DNA of 24,000 bases from Pseudomonadota bacterium (GCA_023411815.1 JAEYOJ010000076.1:57579-81578); one strand, 5' to 3'. Numbered from the stretch's first letter, positions 1 through 6,191 are shown. Program-made: numbers and translations. The notes: a model not told the origin generated them from the sequence alone.

Positions 1-240
1 GGCCGCAAAATGGAGCCCTTCATCGTCACCGTGCCGCCCAAGCCCGAGGACGGGCTGACCTATGCCCACCATCCGGGCCAGGAGTTCATTCACATGCTCG
101 AAGGCCGCCTGGAGATCCGCATCGGCAAGAGCAGCGTGGTCCTGGAGGCCGGCGACAGCCTCTATTTCGACTCCAACTTCCCTCACGCCCTGCGCGGCCT
201 GGACGACAAGCCGGCCAAGTTCCTGGACGTGATCATCTAG
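1..240 (+). CDS. Cupin-domain protein, C-terminal part (5' end outside window; possibly an XRE/cupin-type regulator)
   Basis: The frame is open from base 1 to TAG at 238-240. Two cupin-like motifs are present (HPGQEFIHMLEG ... GDSLYFDSNFPHAL). Confidence 0.7.
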   Translation, partial: GRKMEPFIVTVPPKPEDGLTYAHHPGQEFIHMLEGRLEIRIGKSSVVLEAGDSLYFDSNFPHALRGLDDKPAKFLDVII

Positions 241-264
241 CGCATTCCAGCGAGGAGAACGAGG

Positions 265-1914
265 ATGCACAAGCTTTCGCCCGTGTCATACGACGACTTC
301 AAGGACAAGTTCTCCCTGGAGGTGCCCGAAGGCTACAACTTCGCCTTCGACTTCCTGGACGCCGAGGCGGCCAAGGACCCCGCGCGGCCGGCCATGGTGC
401 ACATCGACCCCGACGGCAAGCGCCGCGACTACGACCTGGCCTTCTTCAGCCGCGAGTCGGCCAGGCTGGCCAACGCCCTGGTCGCCCAGGGCCTCAAGCG
501 CGGCGACCGGGTCATGGTCATCCTCTACCGCCGCGTGGAGTTCTGGGTGACCATGCTGGCCCTGCACAAGATCGGCGCCGTGCCCATCCCCTCGCCGAAC
601 CTGCTCACGGCCAAGGACATCGAGCAGCGCATCAACTACGCAAAGGTGCGCGCCGTGGTCTGCGAGCACACCATCACCGAGCGCGTGGAGCAGGCCAGGC
701 CCAAGTGCCCGACCCTGGGCGTCATGGTGCAGGTGGCCGGCGACGCGCTTCCGGCCGGCTGGGCGGGCTACTACGCCATCCTGCAGAAGGCCGGCGACGG
801 CTTTCCCGCTCCCAAGGGCAAGGACAAGCCCGGCGGCAATGACCCGCTGCTCATCTTCTTCACTTCCGGCACCACGGGCATGCCCAAGATGGCCGAGCAC
901 ACCCACGGCTACGCCCTGGGCCACTACACCACCGGCGCCTACTGGCATGACCTGAGGCCCGGCGACCTGCACCTGACCCTGGCCGACACGGGCTGGGGCA
1001 AGGCGGTCTGGGGCAAGTTTTACGGCCAGTGGATGGCCGGGGCCACGGTCTTCACCTGGGACTTCCGCGGCAAGTTCGACCCCGAGCATCTGCTGCAGCT
1101 CATCGCGGAGCACAAGGTCACCAGCTTCTGCGCGCCGCCCACGGTCTACCGCTTCCTCATCCGCCTGGACGTGTCCAAGCTCGACCTGTCCGCCCTGCGC
1201 CACTGCACCACGGCCGGCGAGCTGCTCAACGACAGCGTGTTCCTGGAGTGGAAGCGGTTGACCGGCCTGTCCATTTACGAGGGCTACGGCCAGACCGAGA
1301 CGACCCTGCAGATCGCCACCTTCCCCTGGATGGAACCCAAGCCCGGCTCCATCGGCCGCCCGGTGCCCGGCTGGAACCTGACCCTGCTCAAGGAGGACGG
1401 CACGTCCTGCTCGCCCGGCGAGGAAGGCGAGATCTGCATCGCCGTGGAGCCCAAGCGTCCCGTGGGACTGTTCACCGGCTACCTGGACGAGCCGGCCAAG
1501 ACCGCCTCGGTGGTCTACGACGGCTACTATCATACCGGCGACAAGGCCTGGATGGACGAGGACGGCTACTTCTGGTTCCTGGGCCGTACCGACGACCTCA
1601 TCAAGTCCTCGGGCTACCGCATCGGACCCTTCGAGGTGGAGAGCGCGCTCATCACCCACCCGGCGGTGGTGGAGGCGGCGGTGACCGGCGTGGCCGACCC
1701 CGTACGCGGCCAAGCGGTCAAGGCCACGGTCGTGCTGGCCAAGGGCTACGACCCGAGCGACGAGCTGACCAGGGAGCTGCAGCAGCACGTCAAGAAGACC
1801 ACCGCGCCCTACAAGTACCCGCGCATCATCGAATACGTGACCGAGCTGCCCAAGACCATCTCGGGCAAGATCAAGAGAGCGGAGATCAGGCAGCGGGACG
1901 AGCAGAAAGGCTAA
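265..1914 (+). CDS. AMP-forming acyl-CoA synthetase (medium-chain/aromatic acid-CoA ligase family)
   Basis: 549-aa ORF with a GAGGAG RBS 5-10 nt upstream of the ATG. AMP-binding signatures: FFTSGTTGMPK, YGQTE, YYHTGD, SSGYRIGPFEVE, PKTISGKIKR. Substrate cannot be inferred. Confidence 0.9.
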   Translation: MHKLSPVSYDDFKDKFSLEVPEGYNFAFDFLDAEAAKDPARPAMVHIDPDGKRRDYDLAFFSRESARLANALVAQGLKRGDRVMVILYRRVEFWVTMLALHKIGAVPIPSPNLLTAKDIEQRINYAKVRAVVCEHTITERVEQARPKCPTLGVMVQVAGDALPAGWAGYYAILQKAGDGFPAPKGKDKPGGNDPLLIFFTSGTTGMPKMAEHTHGYALGHYTTGAYWHDLRPGDLHLTLADTGWGKAVWGKFYGQWMAGATVFTWDFRGKFDPEHLLQLIAEHKVTSFCAPPTVYRFLIRLDVSKLDLSALRHCTTAGELLNDSVFLEWKRLTGLSIYEGYGQTETTLQIATFPWMEPKPGSIGRPVPGWNLTLLKEDGTSCSPGEEGEICIAVEPKRPVGLFTGYLDEPAKTASVVYDGYYHTGDKAWMDEDGYFWFLGRTDDLIKSSGYRIGPFEVESALITHPAVVEAAVTGVADPVRGQAVKATVVLAKGYDPSDELTRELQQHVKKTTAPYKYPRIIEYVTELPKTISGKIKRAEIRQRDEQKG

Positions 1915-1920
1915 GAAAAT

Positions 1921-1985
1921 CGGGAAGGACGTTGCCCTCCCCGAACCCCACCCACCAGGGGCGGACGCGCCCCTGGACCCGCGCA
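1921..1985 (+). repeat. REP-like two-hairpin element, copy A
   Basis: cgggaagg-acgtt-gccctcccc, then ccagggg-cggacgcg-cccctgg, then acccgcgc. The architecture matches the copies at 7901-7967, 8110-8173, 18111-18180 and 18221-18284. Confidence 0.6.
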
Positions 1986-2003
1986 TGGTGAGAAGTGTTA
2001 TGG

Positions 2004-2036
2004 AAAGGGCCGGGAGAGAAGATCTCCCGGCCCTTT
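2004..2036. terminator. Hairpin between convergent genes (likely bidirectional terminator)
   Basis: Perfect 14-bp stem AAAGGGCCGGGAGA / TCTCCCGGCCCTTT with loop gaaga. On the plus strand the stem ends in TTT followed by GTTG. It lies between the acyl-CoA synthetase stop (1914) and the minus-strand gene stop (2088). Confidence 0.65.
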
Positions 2037-2087
2037 GTTGCACAGGCTCAGTAGCTCAGTCTGCTTGGTTTACATCGCTGATGGTGA

Positions 2088-2804
2088 TCAATGCGGCTCA
2101 GCCGGGCCACGCAGGCGCGTCCATATGCGAGCGATGAAGGCTCCGAGCACCTGCCGCAAAGGCCGGCCAATGGGCTTTTCGGTATGGCTCTCGGCTGCGT
2201 GGGCCACCAGGGCGGCGATATCGCCCGGAGCAATGGACAACCTTTCTCCGTAGGCCTCCAGGTACTGCCGCAACGTACGTTCGAAGTCCTCCGGCCGGGC
2301 CGGGCCAGGGGCGGCCTCAATGCCCACTTGGCCTTCGGCGTTGACGAACAGGTTCAGCGACCGGCCCTGGGCGTCAAAGCCGAAAACCTCCGTATACTCC
2401 ACTTCGCTCGGCTCGACGTCGATGAGTGCTTCTTCCAGCGTCTCGTACAGGCGCATCTCGCAACAGGCGGACTCGAACAGGATGAGCGGCGGCGTGGGCG
2501 CGGCCGGGCCGCTCCGCGCGCCACGATCCGTGCGCGGAGCCGGGCCGGACCGGGCGAAGAGGAGCGCGAGCAGGCCCGCCGAGAGTGCCTCCACGGCCAG
2601 ACGCGCTGGCAGGAGCCCGTCCGCGTGGCCTTGAAGACTCAGGATCGACGCCTCGTACACCAGCGGCGTCAGGACCACCGGCCAAAGCACCTGTCGCTTG
2701 AACGAAGCCCCGCGCTTGCGCAACAGGGCTTGCGTAACGCGCACGAGAATGAACGCCGGTCCGAGGAAGAAGGCGAGCGGGCCCTGAAGGTCGACGGGGA
2801 TCAT
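2088..2804 (-). CDS. Membrane-anchored 'domain-X' protein (hypothetical), paralogous in its C-terminal part to 4567-5004
   Basis: ORF 2088-2879. I prefer the ATG at 2804 (MIPVDLQGPLAFFLG...); the longest form starts at GTG 2879, so the start is uncertain. Three hydrophobic segments (PLAFFLGPAFILVRV, LWPVVLTPLVYEASILSL, LAVEALSAGLLALLFA) are followed by a Pro/Arg/Gly linker and then domain X (about 2088-2492). The domain-X core EVFGFDAQGRSLNLF...VGIEAAPGPARPEDFERTLRQYLEA matches EYFGFDAKGRPLRFL...VGIEAADQPAQPEALERNLRAYLKA of the other copy. Confidence 0.55.
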   Translation of the reverse strand: MIPVDLQGPLAFFLGPAFILVRVTQALLRKRGASFKRQVLWPVVLTPLVYEASILSLQGHADGLLPARLAVEALSAGLLALLFARSGPAPRTDRGARSGPAAPTPPLILFESACCEMRLYETLEEALIDVEPSEVEYTEVFGFDAQGRSLNLFVNAEGQVGIEAAPGPARPEDFERTLRQYLEAYGERLSIAPGDIAALVAHAAESHTEKPIGRPLRQVLGAFIARIWTRLRGPAEPH

Positions 2805-2921
2805 GCGCTTTTCCCTGCCAATACGTGTGATGATGGACCCGAGCTCCTGCCGCAATGGCCGGCCCGTCCGCAAGACCACGGACAGGCCGCTCCGCGCGGG
2901 TTGCGTTGGATCACTCCCGGA

Positions 2922-3386
2922 TCATTCAACGTCCGGATAGTTCTCGTCGGGGATGGAACAACAGTCCGAGTAATTCTCGTCGGGGACGCGATACCAGGAA
3001 ATTATCTTCCATTCCCTGTCATAATCGCGCAGCATGTACCAGAACCGACTACGGACATCGCCAGTGTCGGGAAGGCGCCTGATGATTTCCACAGTAACCT
3101 CGACGTCATCCTCCCTGATCGGCCCGTCGGCGGTAATGGCTCCAGTATCCTGAGCCGGGTCGATCTCCACGATCATGCAGTCGCGCCATGGTATGGATGG
3201 ACTGTCAAGCTCGATGCCGCAGCACATGATAGCATTCCGCGTCTCCCGGTCCTGGGCCGTGCAGTAGGTCATAATGGCTGCCTCCGGGGTGGACAGGTCG
3301 ATTTCTCCCTCGGCCTGAGCCATCGAGACTGCAAGGAGAAGCGCCAAGATCAAGACCAGCAACATAGTGAAACGAGTTGCGGACAT
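2922..3386 (-). CDS. Exported Cys-rich protein (hypothetical); candidate periplasmic partner or immunity protein for the M23 peptidase
   Basis: 154 aa. Sec-type signal peptide MSATRFTMLLVLILALLLAVSMAQA/EG with no lipobox Cys. Six Cys residues. C-terminal tandem motif VPDENYSDCCSIPDENYPDVE. Its ATG lies 3 nt after the upstream gene's TAG (TAGgttATG). GC is lower than the flanks. Confidence 0.7.
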   Translation of the reverse strand: MSATRFTMLLVLILALLLAVSMAQAEGEIDLSTPEAAIMTYCTAQDRETRNAIMCCGIELDSPSIPWRDCMIVEIDPAQDTGAITADGPIREDDVEVTVEIIRRLPDTGDVRSRFWYMLRDYDREWKIISWYRVPDENYSDCCSIPDENYPDVE

Positions 3387-3389
3387 AAC

Positions 3390-4223
3390 CTACTCCGTTT
3401 TGATGAAATCAGCCGGATTACGCCTTTTGGTCTTGCCGTTCTCTATTTCGTATACTTCGAGATGGACATGGGGCTTTATTTCCGGTTCCTGATATTGCTC
3501 TCTCAGATCATGGAGCGTGCCGATCACCTGGCCTTCCTTGACTTGCGCGCCGCGCGGAATGCTTGGGGTGAAATGGAGCATGCGCACGGAATACTGTTTG
3601 TTGTCGGCGTCTCTTCTGGTTGTAATGCGCACGCCGTCATCAATGATCTCAGCCGCACCGTCGATGGTGGCGAAGACAGGATCTCCTACCTTGCCGATAT
3701 AGTCGATTCCCGCGTGCTTCCTCTTGCCGTGGGATCGGGATGACTCATATGTGCCTTCTCCCGCAATATCGTTCCGGATTTCCTGCCCGGTCGGGTTGGT
3801 CCAGGCCAGTTCCGGCCCGTGGGGGATTTTCCCGGCGTCCCGCCAAGCCTCGTGCTCCTCGTAGGCCTCCTGGGCCGCGCGAAATTCTCCGCTGCCCAGC
3901 GGCACGCGCAGGGGCTGGCCGGCCCTGCGTCGCGGGTTGACGAAGGAGAGCACCTCCTCATCCAGGCCCAGGGCCTCGGCCGACTGCGCAAGGCTTTCCC
4001 CGACCCGGGGCGCATAGCTGCCATGCCCGTTCCAGTTGCCGTACCTGTCCCGGCTCACGACGAGCCTGCCCGGCAACTCCACGGACGCGCCGCCGTCATG
4101 CCCTTCGCGCACTCTCGCCTTCAGGCGCACGCTGCTCGCGGCGTCATCCCCGCTGCGCCGTGCGAGCTCGTCTTCGTCAAAAAAAGATGTGAAAGCCTCT
4201 GCGATGCGATCGAAAATGCTCAT
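3390..4223 (-). CDS. LysM + M23 (LytM-type) peptidoglycan metallopeptidase without signal peptide
   Basis: I call the ATG at 4223 (MSIFDRIAEAF...), which has an AAGGTGG RBS 7 nt upstream. The track's longer ORF to 4514 is an out-of-frame run through the terL relic. LysM-like segment: YAPRVGESLAQSAEALGLDEEVLSFVNPRRRAGQPLRVPLG. M23 motifs: HAGIDY (HxxxD) and HVHLE (HxH). The N-terminus is acidic and non-hydrophobic. Confidence 0.85.
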   Translation of the reverse strand: MSIFDRIAEAFTSFFDEDELARRSGDDAASSVRLKARVREGHDGGASVELPGRLVVSRDRYGNWNGHGSYAPRVGESLAQSAEALGLDEEVLSFVNPRRRAGQPLRVPLGSGEFRAAQEAYEEHEAWRDAGKIPHGPELAWTNPTGQEIRNDIAGEGTYESSRSHGKRKHAGIDYIGKVGDPVFATIDGAAEIIDDGVRITTRRDADNKQYSVRMLHFTPSIPRGAQVKEGQVIGTLHDLREQYQEPEIKPHVHLEVYEIENGKTKRRNPADFIKTE

Positions 4224-4273
4224 GAAATCCCACCTTGTGCAAGCTGAAAATAGAGTAGCCGTTGCCACTATCC

Positions 4274-4480
4274 TCAATACCCCGCCATGCCGTCCGCCGG
4301 CCTTCCGCCGATACCGCCCCTGCGCCGGGCCGGGGCTTTGCGGCCAGGCTCCTCGGCGGCCAGGGCCGCGTATTGCAGGGCGTCGTGCACGTGGCTGTAG
4401 GCATTCTTCAGGGGCCGCTCGGCGAAGCGCTCCTCGCCGCCGGACATGATTGGCAGACGTTCGTAGCGGTAGCCGGACAG
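4274..4480 (-). pseudogene. Displaced 3' fragment of the terminase large-subunit gene (last ~68 codons plus stop)
   Basis: Minus-strand translation gives LSGYRYERLPIMSGGEERFAERPLKNAYSHVHDALQYAALAAEEPGRKAPARRRGGIGGRPADGMAGY*. This is collinear with the C-terminus of terL (6193-6400), about 91% nucleotide identity by my hand count (~19 mismatches in 209). There is no upstream terL sequence and no start context. Confidence 0.85.
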
Positions 4481-4485
4481 CCCCT

Positions 4486-4527
4486 GAAAAAGGAGCAGCC
4501 TTGGCCAAATGCATTGACCAAGGCTGC
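4486..4527 (-). terminator. Rho-independent terminator after cassette B
   Basis: Minus strand: GCAGCCTTGG-(13 nt loop containing AATGCATT)-CCAAGGCTGC followed by TCCTTTTTC. It lies 40 nt after the stop of gene 4567-5004 and directly abuts the terL relic. Confidence 0.65.
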
Positions 4528-4566
4528 CTTGCTGCTGAAGTTGCCGGGTAATCTGTTGAAAAGAGA

Positions 4567-5004
4567 TTATCTTCTGTTCTTGCTCAGTTGCTTACGAATA
4601 AACGCGAACAGTTCCCTGAATCCGTCCCGAAAGAAATGAAAAATAAAATGCGGATCATATACATACGAGTACCCCTCGACGGCCATGGCCATCAGGCAGG
4701 ACAGGTCGCACTCCGGGTCTTCGGCGCGCGCATCGGCCGCCTTCAGATAGGCGCGCAGGTTCCGCTCCAGGGCTTCGGGCTGCGCGGGCTGGTCGGCGGC
4801 CTCGATGCCCACCCGAATATGATCCAGGGCAAGGAAGCGCAACGGCCTGCCTTTGGCATCAAAGCCGAAATACTCGCCTTCAAGGACATCGTAGGCTTCG
4901 TAGTGGGCCTGGGCATCCTCCAGGTTTGAGAAGACATTCAGGTTGACGCCATCAATGTCGAAAACAAACAATGGGAATACGAGTTGGTTCGAGGTCTGCT
5001 CCAC
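4567..5004 (-). CDS. 'Domain-X' protein (hypothetical), soluble paralogue of 2088-2492
   Basis: 145 aa with a GTG start at 5004 and a GAGGA RBS 9 nt upstream. About half of the residues are identical to the other copy over a ~48-aa core (hand alignment). The C-terminal tail is aromatic and basic (YVYDPHFIFHFFRDGFRELFAFIRKQLSKNRR). Confidence 0.7.
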   Translation of the reverse strand: MEQTSNQLVFPLFVFDIDGVNLNVFSNLEDAQAHYEAYDVLEGEYFGFDAKGRPLRFLALDHIRVGIEAADQPAQPEALERNLRAYLKAADARAEDPECDLSCLMAMAVEGYSYVYDPHFIFHFFRDGFRELFAFIRKQLSKNRR

Positions 5005-5050
5005 GGACGTTCATCCTCGCGGTTTGGTGCACTTGAATACAACAAGGCTT

Positions 5051-5755
5051 TCAATGCTCCTCCATCACCTCGATCCCCGGCGCGACCTCATGGACGAACG
5101 CCTCGGCCTCCCGCTGCGTGGAAAACACGCCTCCCGTGAACACGCCGTCGATGATCTCTCCTTGGATGTTCATGCTGGCGATGACCCGCCCATTGCAATA
5201 GTGTATAATGAGCTGTCGCCCCACGTTTCCCCGCGTCAAATCGGCGAACAAGGGGTGATATGCGTCCGAAAAGCGATACAGGATTTGAAACAAGACCGCA
5301 GGGCCGAAACTCCTCTGCTCGATCGACGCGGACTGCAGCATGCCGGGTTGCAGATCGAGTTCCAGCGGGTCGGGCGCGAATGGGCCATGTACCGGTATCT
5401 CCCCGATCCCAGGCAGTACCTCGCGGATGAAGTCCTCGGCTTCCTGGAGCGTTTTGTATGATCCACCACTGATAGTACCACGAAGTATTTCAGCTTGTAC
5501 TCTAGTGCTGACGAGTATTCTTTCCTTATATGAAATGGCAAGGCGTCGTCCAATATTTTCCTTGGTTAACTTCGCAAAATCGCTACAGAATGGATCAACA
5601 AGTCGGAGTACGACGTTGTATTCTTTGCTTGATGCCGCAATCCAGGCTGACCCAATCATGTGAGGCTCCAATTCATATTTAAGCGTATCAGCAAAAGAAA
5701 TTGTGTAAGAAATAAAAACAAAACAGATCAGTGAAATAAATATATTTTTGCACAT
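5051..5755 (-). CDS. Exported protein with two tandem SecD/SecDF P1-head-like repeats (hypothetical)
   Basis: 234 aa. Signal peptide MCKNIFISLICFVFISYTISFA/DT. Internal repeat: FAKLTKENIGRRLAISYKERILVSTRVQAEILRGTISGGSYKTLQEAEDFIREVLPGI versus FADLTRGNVGRQLIIHYCNGRVIASMNIQGEIIDGVFTGGVFSTQREAEAFVHEVAPGI. From memory, the pattern F..T..N(I/V)G(K/R).LAI....V.S...I...I.GG...I.G.F...EA resembles the SecD periplasmic head; this is not verified. Its ATG lies 3 nt after the upstream TAG (TAGattATG). Confidence 0.7.
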   Translation of the reverse strand: MCKNIFISLICFVFISYTISFADTLKYELEPHMIGSAWIAASSKEYNVVLRLVDPFCSDFAKLTKENIGRRLAISYKERILVSTRVQAEILRGTISGGSYKTLQEAEDFIREVLPGIGEIPVHGPFAPDPLELDLQPGMLQSASIEQRSFGPAVLFQILYRFSDAYHPLFADLTRGNVGRQLIIHYCNGRVIASMNIQGEIIDGVFTGGVFSTQREAEAFVHEVAPGIEVMEEH

Positions 5756-5758
5756 AAT

Positions 5759-6145
5759 CTACTCCTTATCCAAGGTTGTGTAGATAGCATACTGAACAAC
5801 AAATGCATCGGAATCTGTGGATATAATAAAACGCCAGTTCACGGTGTCATGTCCAAAGTAGTTAAATCGAAATGTCTGCGTGGAGTGAGGCACAAGGAGC
5901 GCACCCCTGCTTCCATCGTGGTTGCTGGATATGGAAATCATTGCTCCAAGGACATTTACGTTTTTTACTTCGATCCAGACAACTTGGCCGAGTGTCGCGG
6001 AAAAGACAACACCTCCGTTCCAGATCCCCGTATCCCAAAGATGTCTTTTCCCACTCTGTCGCTGGGACTCATTATCCTCGCCATGTCCACTCGATGTAAG
6101 TTCATTGATCGCCTCTTTGAACCATCTGGAAAACTCGCTGCTCAT
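5759..6145 (-). CDS. Hypothetical 128-aa leaderless protein (effector candidate of cassette B)
   Basis: ATG at 6145 preceded by a strong GGGAGGAG RBS. The track's longer form starts at a TTG overlapping the terL stop and is rejected. The gene is AT-rich (~40% GC by eye) and the sequence looks beta-rich. I recognise no motif. Confidence 0.6.
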   Translation of the reverse strand: MSSEFSRWFKEAINELTSSGHGEDNESQRQSGKRHLWDTGIWNGGVVFSATLGQVVWIEVKNVNVLGAMISISSNHDGSRGALLVPHSTQTFRFNYFGHDTVNWRFIISTDSDAFVVQYAIYTTLDKE

Positions 6146-6191
6146 GATGCTCCTCCCATATTGGTGAATGGTTCCCATGCACAATTCATTT

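Noticed and set aside
286-2043. 585-aa minus-strand ORF antisense to the acyl-CoA synthetase. Similar long antisense or out-of-frame ORFs occur at 1029-1991, 2091-3743, 8849-10147, 13186-15516, 15981-17963, 18104-19456, 18439-19752, 20311-21765, 21630-22808 and 22805-23983.
   Set aside because: These are shadow ORFs typical of high-GC DNA. Their translations are Arg/Gly/Ala/His/Pro-rich low-complexity sequence without motifs. Each overlaps a gene with strong family signatures, an RBS and operon context.
2040-2087. tRNA-like string (caggctcagtagctcagtctgc) that could mark a tRNA gene or an att site at the island edge.
   Set aside because: I could not fold an acceptor stem, anticodon arm or T-arm (GTTCRANYC). 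Only a D-loop-like 'tagctcag' is present. It is insufficient to call a tRNA or a tRNA fragment.
4224-4514. N-terminal extension of the M23 ORF (the track gives 3390-4514, 374 aa).
   Set aside because: The extra 97 codons read the terL relic in the wrong frame (Arg/Pro/Gly-rich). A good RBS (AAGGTGG) precedes the internal ATG at 4223.
4177-4639. ORFs 4177-4404 (-), 4262-4639 (+), 4036-4449 (+), and their counterparts 6168-6368 (+) and 6304-7149 (+).
   Set aside because: They lie in alternative frames or on the antisense strand of the terL 3' repeat. They appear twice only because the DNA is duplicated, and there is no coding evidence.
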